From assembly GCA_907165135.1 (NCBI GenBank), contig OU015566.1, forward strand, positions 8,060,001-8,124,000: 64,000 nucleotides of DNA, read 5' to 3'. The stretch is from Oikopleura dioica (taxonomy: Eukaryota > Animalia > Chordata). Shown here piece by piece: positions 12,101 through 22,594 of this stretch. Each line of letters opens with the position of its first letter. Positions within the stretch are counted from its first letter, which is position 1. The translations under genes were made by a program, and so were the position numbers. The notes beneath the pieces are model-generated. The model saw only the letters and a program-made list of their open reading frames with translations. It had not been told where the DNA came from and ran no database searches.

Positions 12101-15100
12101 GGAAAACAAACACAGCGCGGTGAATTTCCAAGTTTGGAAAGGAAGATGAGCCGCGAAATTTGGCCCAGGTCCATTAACATTAAAGGGTTTGTTTTTCTAA
12201 CTTTTTCTGAAAACAAAACTGTTCAAAGAATTTGAAAAACTTGCTCAGTGATTGATAGGCCATAAATCTTCATCCCTTTAATTTATAGAAATGAACGGAC
12301 AAAATTACAATCTTGGAAATTCGCCAGTGGTATTTTCGGCTTCTCGTTAAAAAATAAAAGTGTGTTATTACAATCATCCGGCTGTGCGCAATATTCGCTT
12401 GGCGCAGAAAACGGCTCAGTATATAATTTGGGCCCATTATGAGCTGAACAATTTGATGGGCAATTTGTCTTGCTAAGATACCAATTAGGAGATTTTTATA
12501 GGAGCGCTGGTTATGAAAGATGACAGGTAATAACGTTATTCATCAAATCATTGGTCGGTCCTAGTAGGAGAAGAGAAGTCTATTTGAGCTATCGACCAGA
12601 AGCACTAGAACTTCAAAGTGAAGCTCAACTAATTTTAAATTGATCTGGCCCCATGCGCGTTTCTTTGAAGCTCTGCCTCCACCGCCATATGTGGTAATGG
12701 CATGCCAACATTTGACTTGACGTCGGTGTATTGATTTTTGCTAGGTTGAACCTTATCCTCGCCTTTTTCGATTGATATTATACAGACGGAAAGCTGATTT
12801 CTAAGCCAGGCTTTAGTCGATAGTTAGCTTGAGGATGAGAGTAAATGGGACATTTATCATATGGTGGTTGGAAGTGCTTTGGGGATTATTGGCGTTTCTT
12901 TTTCGCGATAATTGCTTTGCATAAGTCGATAAAATAGGTTTATGGGCTTTTTAAAAATGCATGCAGGGTGTTACAATTAGGGCTAATACGCCAGATACGG
13001 GATAGTATATTTTACTGTAAGGCCCAGGCAGCTTCAGTTCAATATTCAAAGTACCGCGGATAATTAGTCCAATTTTGAGGCACCATTGATTTCTGCAATC
13101 CCGGTAAAAATTTTCACAAGTAGTGCCGACTAATAACGGATCCCTTTGATCTCATCCGATGTCATAAAAACACGTCGTGTCGTAATTATGACGTCTGGTC
13201 AACGTATATCTTTTATGGTTGGGAGCTCACACGGAAATGTTCTTCTATTATCGGACTTATTCGCTATAAGCATGCGTCGCTTTTGTTATTGTGGATTAGC
13301 TTGAAAGGAGATAAATGAGGACTCTGGGCTTATATTTAGCTCTAGATAAGAAATTTCCGGTGATTTTTTTGTGATTTCGTCAAGCGTCTTTGCTTTTCAA
13401 GTGTTTCGTTTCGCTTGGAAAATATTGAAAGTTAGAAATAGCCAGCTTTTTTATTGTATAAAGCTCATTGCGTATTAAACATTTTGACAGAGTCTGATCT
13501 TGGTTCACTCGGACGTTGAGTGAATGTGACACTTGAGAACTGCAAAATTCAACAGCTGGGCGCAAAAGGCTGATTCTAATGCGCCGAACACAAAATTATT
13601 AATGCCTTAGCTCCTCCCTTTCCCTTTCAAATGAATCATTAATACACATGGAGAATATTACAAGATTTTTTTTCTATGCAAAGCTGCACTCAGTTATTAT
13701 TTCGGTATATTTGTTCTTTTCTTGAAATCAAGTTATATGAACAAGGAGTTAATTAAATCATGTTATACGAGTTTGGTTGTCCTCCTGGGATGTTATTAGC
13801 GTATTCAGTAGAGAGTCATTATTGGACTGTCGAGCAAAACGTGTTGAGCAAAACAAGAGCATTTCAACTTCATTTTCTTCCAAAATATCAATCTTTTCTT
13901 TCAGAATCTCACTCATTTCGCGAAAAAGGGGCTGGCAGCAACCGTCAAATCCGACACTCGCTACGCTGTTGTTCAAGTTCTCATCACAATCCTTTCTGGC
14001 GCTCGGCGAACTGTTAATCCAGAAGATGATCTATTTTTGCGAACAAAAAAGGGCAAAATCGTTGCCAATTGTCCCCCATCACAAGTTCACCGTCTTTTGG
14101 ATGGCTTCGCACTGTGTGTCCTGAGTCGCAACTTCCCCAAGGCGGAAAAGCATTGGCTGGTGTTCAAGCTCAACGAGCTCTTCGAGTCACTCGATGCCGA
14201 TCGCGTCTCGAACGCGCGAAAGGCGAAACTCTTCGACGGCAAATTATTATCACCTCTGCCGCGCTTCGCTGATGATATAGCGATCGGCCCGTGCGCCGAG
14301 ACATCTGACATTCTATTCAACGAGTCTATCAACCAAATCGCGGTCATCGTTCACAAGCCCGCTGCTGTGCGATTCTACAAGTTAGACCAGACCTGGCAAC
14401 TGAACAGAGTTGTAATTGGCGAAAATGTCGAAAAATTCGACCATGTCTGCTGGTCAAAATGTGGCAAGATCTTCGTTGCTGCTCATAAACAAACCGTCTA
14501 CCTCTGGGATCTTCAAAATGATGGTTTCGATATCAATGGCAACTCACCAGAAGCGATCAAGGATGTCCAGCAAGAACTGGATTTTTACCAATCCGAGAAG
14601 AATACAATGAAGAAGACGTTTATTGAGCGAATCACAGCGATAGCATTCAGGGACAACTTCATCTATGCTGTGCTCGAGAATAATTCACTCCAGGAAATGC
14701 ATGTCAACACGGTCCACCGAAAACTAATCACCTTCGCAACCCATTATCTTCCTTCAAATGGATCTCCATCCCCTGGCTCCATCAATAAAATCGACGTTTT
14801 CAGCAATGGAACTCCCATCGCGTATTCCAAACAAGGTCATTTCTATGCGCTGGATAAAAGCTCAGCATCTGAAAATGGCAGAAATATCAATACTTTCCAT
14901 TTTGATACCGAAGTCGACGATCTTATCCATGTGCCTTCAGATAAAGGCCTAACCGCGATCTTAGTTGGACCAAGTTCAGATCTTAAACTTGTCAGTTTCT
15001 ACAAACAAGTCGACATTATTGGCCATTTTGAGCATGAAACTAAAGTCACCTCGGTTTCTCTGACGAAGCGCAACGATAGCGAAAGCATTCTCGCCTGTGG

Positions 15101-18100
15101 AACATCCGATGGAAAGACAGTCGTCTGGAGAATCTGGACGAATGTACTTGTTGAAGTTCAAAAAGCAAAATCAACCGATGAGATCGGTCACCACAACGAT
15201 GATATACCGATCATTCCGGTGAAAGTTTCGAATTCTGCTCCTGCTGTGGTGCCGACTTCGGTTTCCATCGAAAAAATCGCTGAACTGGAATGTTTCAACA
15301 CCTCCATCGAACAGCTTTATCTCTCACAAGATCTGAGCACTCTATATGTCGCAAGCCTTGGTAAGGTTCAATTCTGGGACATGGTCAAGCCCGAGCCGAT
15401 CCTGCTCAGCGTATTGGACACTGGATTATCTGATGCAAAGATGGTCTTTCCGTCATCCGATCCTGCTCGACACTGGATAACTTCTACTTCTCCGGGCTCC
15501 CGTATTATTAAGAGTTTCAGCGTTGAAGCAGCCAACCTGGCCCAATTGCGGTTACCATCGATGGGTGCGAAGCAGCTACAAAAATATAATCTTGAAAAAG
15601 CCCCATTTATATTCTACTCGCTCATCATCCGCCTGCCAAAAATACTGAAAGCTCAATTCAAGACCGAGTATGGCGACGTCAATACGGACAAGCAGCTTCA
15701 ATTCTCGCTTTATATGAAGAAACTTGTCTCAATCACATGCGCACTCAAATTGCACGGACGCATTGGTTACCACCACGCTAGCATTTTCGACGATGCTCCT
15801 CCGCGTGAGAAATCTGACTATCTATGGCTCGCGCGCATTTCTGACGGCCTTCGCACTGTTGCGCAGATGGGTATGAATCGATTCCCGTATCATCTGCCTT
15901 CTTCATGGCATAAGAAATGGACTGTGGAAAAAGATAGCGCCTTGGTTGAATGGTATGAAGCCGAGGAAGAATCCTGGCGAGGTGTCAAAGCGAAAGCATA
16001 CGTCTGGGGTGGAGTCCGACATGGCCAACTTGGAATCAATATGAATGTAGGAAGACATTGTGCGTCTCCTAGACGACTTGAAGCTTTCGATAATATGCAA
16101 ACGATTGAGCTTGGCTTGAACTGCACTTTTCTCTGCACATCAACTGGCGCAGTAACATCAACTGGCGAAGGCTCTTACGGCCGTTTAGGGCATGGAAACT
16201 CGGATGATCTCAATGTGCCAAGCCTGGTAAATGCTCTTCAGGGATTCATCGTCACTCAAATCTCCTCTTCTGTTGGCTCAGACGGCCACACCCTGGCAAT
16301 TACCGAAAGCGGGGAGCTATTCACTTGGGGTGATGGCGATTATGGAAAACTCGGCCATGGAAACTCAGAGAGACAACGACGACCGCGCCTTGTCGAAGCA
16401 CTAGTTGGCGAAACCGTCATAGATGGTTGCTGTGGATACAAGCACACAGCCGTTGTCACAGCTAGTGGCTATCTTTATACATTCGGTTACGGTGATTACG
16501 GTAGGCTTGGACATGGAAACACGACCTCAAAGAAAACTCCAACTATGGTCCACGATTGTAGCAATATTGCCAGCGTGAGTTGTGGTCTAAATCATACTCT
16601 CGCTCTGTCACGAGATGGTATGACAGTTTGGGCCTTCGGTGATGGTGATTTCGGAAAACTAGGTCTTGGTAATACTCTTGCTGTTCAGTCGCCTAACAAA
16701 ATTGCTGCTCTTGAAAACATCGGAATAAAATCCGTTCACTGCGGCCATCAATGGTCCGTCTTCCTTGCTGTCAATGGTGACGTTTATGTTAGTGGCCAAG
16801 ATGCATTCAATGGAATCGGTGGACCTGGACAAACCGTCATTCCAACTAAATTGACGTCAATCAACAAGCGTATCGTTCAAGTCTCATGTGGCGCTGAATA
16901 CACACTTGCGCTAGATGATGATGGCAACGTCTGGGCCTGGGGAAACAACTCTGACGGTCAGATTGGCTGTGGCCACTTCAACAAGGTTCATGAACCAATG
17001 CTTGTCTTCAATGGGCACCGAATCAAGCAGATTCGCGCTGGAAAATCTCACAGTATCGCTTGGACAAGCCCACCTAAGTCTGACTTTGGTGGAAACAATC
17101 TTGGAACACCCGATGCTATTCCAGCGAAATATGCGGTCCTGAAGTCGGAAGACATAGAGGATTGTCGACTTCGACTGAAGCACCTACACAAGTTTAATGA
17201 GACCGTCTTTAGATGCTGGAAAATGCTGGATCTATCTTCGAAACCGGTAAGTCTGATATTTCATTTACAGGTTTTATTGCCGTGGCAGTGATTTTTACAA
17301 AGTTTTAGACAGTGCTACTTGACCCATATCCATTCGCGACTGAATGAACTTGTTACAGTGTAATCCTTATTTATTTTACCTTTTACTGGGTTTAATTGAA
17401 TGTATTGACTTCTCTGTGCATAGAGAAGCATTTCCTCCCTTCCCTTGTACAGCCAGATAACCCCGGTGAAAATAAGGATCGTATCGGTGATAAGAATAGC
17501 GATGAGAATGATATTGACAGTCTCTTACAGAAAATTTATTCAAATGTCCGTCTTTCATTACTTACGTAGGGATATTTCATGTTGGCTCGCGAGTTTTTCC
17601 GGAAAAATCAGTCCAAGGACTGTGAGAGGGGTCTTCAAGAGAGTTTTCTACAGTTGAAACATTGGAACTTACGGAAAGTTCAAAGTTGATATAAAACTCT
17701 TTCAATAGTCCAACGACAATAATCAGCAGGCAAATCGGTGGTCGCAGAAACGGGTCAATCAAATGTTCATTTTTCTTCCTAAAAAAGTTAATATCTGCTC
17801 AATTAAAAATTCGCACGATTTAGTGCATGCGACTCTGTAGTCAAAAAGTTGACCGTTCACCTCTTGAACGAGTAAATTTTCGTTCATTCTCTCGTGGTTT
17901 GTTTTACAAATGAAATACTAATTGTGGAGCATAACCTATCGTAAAAATCTACATAAGCCTAGTAATTACTTACCTAGTAATATTCGATACCCTACCTCAA
18001 AGCGATGTGTGGAACGGTCTCAATGCCTGCCATACTTAATCTTTATAGAGGATCATCAAATAGAACCTTTGAACCTTGTCTGTCCCAAAGTCATAACTTA

Positions 18101-20723
18101 TGATTGAAAGTGCGTCTTGTCATAAATAATTTCATAAATAATCATTACCTTCTGTGAGAAAAGTGATGATCGCCTTCTATTTTGTAACAAAGACCGTTGC
18201 AAGTTTCTCTTGTCATTATTATAAATTTGTTAAAAATGCGGTTAAAAAGTGGCCAGTAATTTTACAACTCTAACATAAGTCGTTGGTTAGAGGGGTAATC
18301 GTCTTGTCGCGATGGCAATTTTGCCGCCTGACATCATAAAAATTACTTTTCCCTCAAAAACCTACCTTCGTTGACGGCTCTGAGTATTGAGAGTCTCACG
18401 CTTCATTTGGCGACTTATAGACAACCTGCTTGAAAGGGTTCTTCCTTTCAATTAACGGCCAGCCCGGATGAATATTGAAAACGAACCCTATGCATTATCC
18501 GTCTCTCAAAAATTGATAAATCTTAAACTAAATGAGGCTGCTCCGACTAGTTGACACCCCTGTTTACAGTTTCCTGTAGATCCTTTCCTTGGTCCTGAAA
18601 GATTTTTCGCATTGTAGATCTTTCCAGTCTTTCTTTCTGCACGCAACTCATTTTCCCTGATAAAATTTCACACATCGTCAATCATAAATTTAGTTATAAA
18701 AGAGTAAGACTTCAACTGTATTCGAGCTTACTTGATGAAAATATGCATAAATTTTTTCGTGAGTGTGTCCTCTATGTCTTCGGTTATCTTGAGACTGAAC
18801 AACCTGACAATGTTTAGAGTCCAATTAGTAAGACGAAAATTACCTCGATCCAATTTAAAACGACTTTTTCCAGACAATAACGTCTTTCCTTTTTTCTCTT
18901 GCAGAACTCGACTAATAAACTTTAAATAGTCCGTCTTATTGTGCGCAATTATCAACGCGTCAATCGTCTGAAATATTCAATTCCTGGGGAAAGTAAGTTG
19001 TAAAATTCTAAAAGAAAGGTCATCGATCAAAGACTAAAAAAGCTAACAGGTTTACGGGCCCTACTTTAGGACTTACTCTATTGATTTCTCTCCTTTTTTC
19101 AATGAAATTAATTACAAGGATGCTGCATCCTGGATGCATCCAAATCATGATCAGCCAGAAAGGTTCTTCTGTAGCTGCTCGTTTTCAATCAGTCAAGATT
19201 TGGGTCAAGGTTTTTCTTCTGTAGAAACACTTTTTTATAATCACTTTATCAGCTCAACTAACCTAATTCACTAGCGATTTCATGGACCATTCACGATCGC
19301 CGAAAGCTTCGTCGCTGACGGCCGTCTTAGAGCCTTACTTACATCTCGCCTGACTGTCCTTCCCATCACAAAGGCAATCCAGCGAACTATGGTTCAAGGT
19401 CGAAACTACGGACCACAAATTACCGTCAAGCGTCTTTCCACCAAGGGTAAAAAACGCCAGACAATCTTCGAGCAAATCGCCGCACAAATCGAACCTGTTG
19501 ATGGCGCTGAGCTTCGGCTGCCTTCTCGAGCTTGGAAAGTGCGTCTCGTTGGTGAGGAGCCGACGACGCTGGTGGAGTCTTCGACGAAACTCTTACAGAG
19601 ATCTGCGAGGAACTCGAACGGGGAGCTCATGGTCTCTCGTTGCTTATTCGAACACCGAATAACAAAGGCGATGTCGGATCTTACCGAGACTGTTTCATGT
19701 TCAATCCACAAGCGAACTCGCACCTCCAACTCTGTCAACTGCGCTTCATCGGAATCATGTTCGGCGTCGCAATCAGAACCAAGAAACCCCTTGACATTCA
19801 CCTCGCCCCAGCAATTTGGCGGCAACTGGCAGGCGAAGAACCGAACGCTTCAAAATTGGACGAAATCGACGGCTACATCCTTACCACGCTCAAGTGCATC
19901 GACGAAATCGACAAGCACGAGGTCGACGCGGAGAATTTCAATGTGATTATTCCCCTCGACTCATGGGAAGTGCAATCTGCATCCGGCCAGTTCGTCCCTG
20001 TCGTGCCTGGAGGACGGCAAATCAAGCTCGACTTCGACAATCGGAGGGAATACGTTCATCATGCGCTAGAGACAAGACTTGAGGAGTGCAATGTCCAAAT
20101 TCAAGCTGTCAGGTAAAAGAAAAGTATTGAGAACGAATCTCTTATTTAATTTTTAGAGAGGGAATGTCCCGCCTTATTCCAGGCCCTCTTTTGTCCGTCC
20201 TTACCGGCGCAAAATTGGAGGAGATGGTCTGCGGTTCCCCTCATGTCTCCGTCTCCGCTTTGAAGCAAATCTCCCGATACAGAGACATGGACGAGCACGA
20301 TCAAGTCATCAAGTGGCTATGGGAAGTTTTGTCAGAGTTTGATGACTCTCAGCGAGTCCTGTTCTTGAAATTCGTTTCTGGCAGATCTCGTCTTCCTGGT
20401 AAGTTTTTAAGTGACAGTTTTGATCACATTTATAAATTTTATAGTAAAAGCAACGGACCTCACCCAACGATTCCAAATCATGAAAGTGGACAAAGATCCA
20501 AACTCGTTGCCTACCGCGCAAACTTGCTTCTTCCAGCTCCGTTTGCCACCCTATCGATCCAAAGAAACCCTCCGAGATCGACTGATTTATGCAATCCAGC
20601 ATTGCAGAGCAATTGATATGGATAATTATATGTTAACAAGGTAAGATTCTTCAAAGCTACGTATTCTTAAAAACCTTTTTCAGAGGCGCTGAAGACGAAA
20701 CTGGAATGGAGAATATCTTCTAA
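136..20723 (+). CDS. HERC1: HERC1-like giant HECT E3 ubiquitin ligase, 5'-truncated. Exons 136-3172, 5414-5595, 7223-9268, 9314-9436, 13905-17246, 19275-20112, 20157-20398, 20445-20640, 20684-20723
   Basis: Domains in order: SPRY ([22 protein letters not shown]...[16 protein letters not shown]), UBA-like ([11 protein letters not shown]), WD40-like region, RCC1-like repeats ([25 protein letters not shown]), HECT ending [16 protein letters not shown]...IDMDNYML. All junctions are GT-AG and phase-compatible. One 1-nt frameshift near 19556. Confidence 0.93.
3247..3770 (-). CDS. Fatty-acid-binding protein (FABP/calycin)-like, copy A. Exons 3770-3726, 3684-3427, 3384-3247
   Basis: Spliced product [38 protein letters not shown]...[31 protein letters not shown] matches the FABP N-terminal G-x-W...EN motif and the C-terminal strand pattern. 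GT-AG introns. Confidence 0.8.
3947..4465 (-). CDS. Fatty-acid-binding protein (FABP/calycin)-like, copy B
   Basis: Spliced product [40 protein letters not shown]...[33 protein letters not shown]. Includes a probable in-frame 42-nt GTAAG..TAG intron inside ORF 3947-4294. TATAAAAA at 4524-4531 (minus). Confidence 0.8.
4944..5190 (-). CDS. Possible small secreted peptide gene, nested; 3' splicing unresolved
   Basis: ATG at 5190: [38 protein letters not shown], i.e. a hydrophobic N-terminus followed by basic clusters. A short GT..AG intron-like gap follows. Confidence 0.25.
5656..6677 (-). CDS. ACER: Alkaline ceramidase (ACER/CREST family), nested antisense in HERC1 intron 5596-7222
   Basis: Spliced product contains [64 protein letters not shown] and FVGVPYVKV, the hallmark ACER motifs including the Zn-binding His residues. 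Short GT-AG introns. Closest paralog (ACER1 vs ACER2) not resolved. Confidence 0.92.
6796..6847. repeat. Three copies of GCCCTCTTAGTAGGC upstream of ACER
   Basis: Copies at 6796-6810, 6820-6834 and 6833-6847, seen directly. Confidence 0.8.
10158..10261. repeat. Nested inverted repeats starting at TTAA-GG; possible truncated MITE end
   Basis: TTGAACCCTTTTTTG (10187-10201) pairs with CAAAAAAGGGGTTCAA (10246-10261). CCCCC-ACA-GGGGG hairpin at 10171-10183. The start TTAAGGTGATGATCCCCC resembles the 45.5-kb element end. Confidence 0.45.
17315..17523 (-). CDS. Candidate last exon of a nested single-pass membrane protein
   Basis: After a TAAG acceptor there is a stop-free frame [40 protein letters not shown]...WIWVK* with a ~23-aa hydrophobic helix followed by basic residues. 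Upstream exons not resolved. Confidence 0.35.
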
Positions 20724-20840
20724 CACTCTTTCTTTCGCTCCGTTTTTCATTTATGTACTATTTTATTTAATAACAGGTGTTCAACCAAAAATACCTCATA
20801 TCTACTCCTTTTCTACCTCTGAATTCCATTTCTGAATTCA

Positions 20841-20846
20841 AATAAA
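20841..20846 (+). terminator. Probable polyadenylation signal of HERC1
   Basis: AATAAA 118 nt after the stop, followed by T-rich sequence. Confidence 0.55.
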
Positions 20847-21269
20847 AATATTTTTCTTTTTACAAAGTCTGTTCTTATTATTTGTCCCTGTGCATATTTT
20901 TTCTTATGGCTATTTAGCTATTGATCTTTTAAGTATTGAGGTAGTTTTAATAAAACTTTTATGAGGTATACACTGACTTTGCTCAGATCTATATCGATTT
21001 CTATTTATATTTACTTACCTTATTTTTTCCTTATCATTTTCCCCGTAATAGGCATTGTGAGAAGTGGGTTATTTCAGGCATTGTGCAAATCCAAAAAGTC
21101 CCGCTGGGTTCCAGCTGGGCAAATTGCGAATTCCGTAATTTACACCATCTGCGCGGGGGATTTATCTGCCTTGTCCAAGTTCGCGAGGCGGGGCGCTCTC
21201 TCGCTCGGGGGTTTAAAAGCAGCCCACTCACTGCTTGAATCATAAACATATCAAAAAATCACAAAAACA

Positions 21270-22310
21270 ATGATTTCCAATATTAGAGCAATTCGTGTTG
21301 GGTCTGAGATTCGTATTTCTATGCGAGTGAATGCAGCTCGCTTGCTAAACAGAAGAAACAGAATGCAGCGAGAACGGGAACGACGAGAAGCAGTGAGAAT
21401 GAACCAGGAAAACATCCGGACAGAGAAGTCCAATGGCACCATTTATCAACCTTTCCTATGCAATGTCGATCTCAGGAATTGTGATATCTTCCCACAGGTA
21501 TTATTTTCAAAAAACTTTCTTTTTTCTTACAATATTGTTTAGTTCATTGTTCGTTCTGACGGAAACATGTACCGATTCAACATCGCCGGTTCCTACAGCG
21601 ACACGACTTACAAGACCTCCTGCGACGGAATCCGACCTGACGGCGAGAGCTGCCTCGCTACAATGACAATCGAAATCCCGTCGACTCACGATGTCGAATG
21701 GCTCGTCAAGCCCTCCAAAGAAGTTATCGACAAGACTCGATACACAATCAAATGGGAAGTGAGCGAGCGTCACACATGTGTTCCCGTCGCCATGCCAGAG
21801 TTCGAATCGCCTGAATACCGACGAGTTCGCCTTATTGGAAATCCACAACGACTCCGCGTGCGAGACTACTTCAGCTCTGATTCTTCTGAGGAAACTGATT
21901 CAGAATCGGAGACGGAGAGCGACTCCGGACACGGGGACGACGGAACTTCTTCGAGCCTTGATGCCTTCTTCGAGCGACCGCCCGGCTACACTCGCGATGA
22001 TCTTCCTGAAGAATTGCGAGGACGAAGATACAACGTCTTCAACATGATGGCGTCTGATGGTCTTCGCCGAATCGATCCATCCCCTGATCGTTTGCTGGAG
22101 GACCGAGTCATCTCGATCGAAGCTCAAATGCGGGAGCGACAATACGTACAGGAGACAGACTCTGAGCCCGAGGAAGAAGAAGTAACAGAAGATGAAATGG
22201 AGTACACCGATGAGTCCGATGAAGAAGAACCACTTGACACTGACGATGATGATGACAACTCGGTCAACGGCGATGAAAGCGTTCCAATCTACTCGGACCT
22301 TTTCAACTAG
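21270..22310 (+). CDS. Protein with WRKY/GCM1/FLYWCH-like zinc finger and long acidic tail. Exons 21270-21497, 21543-22310
   Basis: In-phase 45-nt GT-AG intron joins ORFs 21270 and 21567. SDGNMYRFN...YKTSC-x9-C...HTC pattern. Asp/Glu/Ser-rich C-terminus. Confidence 0.65.
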
Positions 22311-22594
22311 GAAAATTTTCATGAAAAGCAAACATAGTCAAATTACTGTTCAACTGCCACTTAAAATTATACTTGCAACATTCGCTAGCAAATAAACTAA
22401 AGATAGGAGAATATAAACGCGTTTTCATTGATTCAATTTATTTGAAAAGTTTCGTTCCATGAATTTTTCAAAGAGTAAAATGCTAGATTTTAGCAGCTAG
22501 AATTTGAAAGGAGAATGTACAGAAATTACAGTTTGTGCAGTTTTTATCAAGTTATGTTATATAGGTTTTTGAATCTGGTTATTCCAGCGTTAAT

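Noticed and set aside
19540-19580. Programmed ribosomal frameshift in HERC1
   Set aside because: No slippery heptamer or obvious stimulatory structure; a homopolymer indel explains it, and similar indels recur elsewhere.
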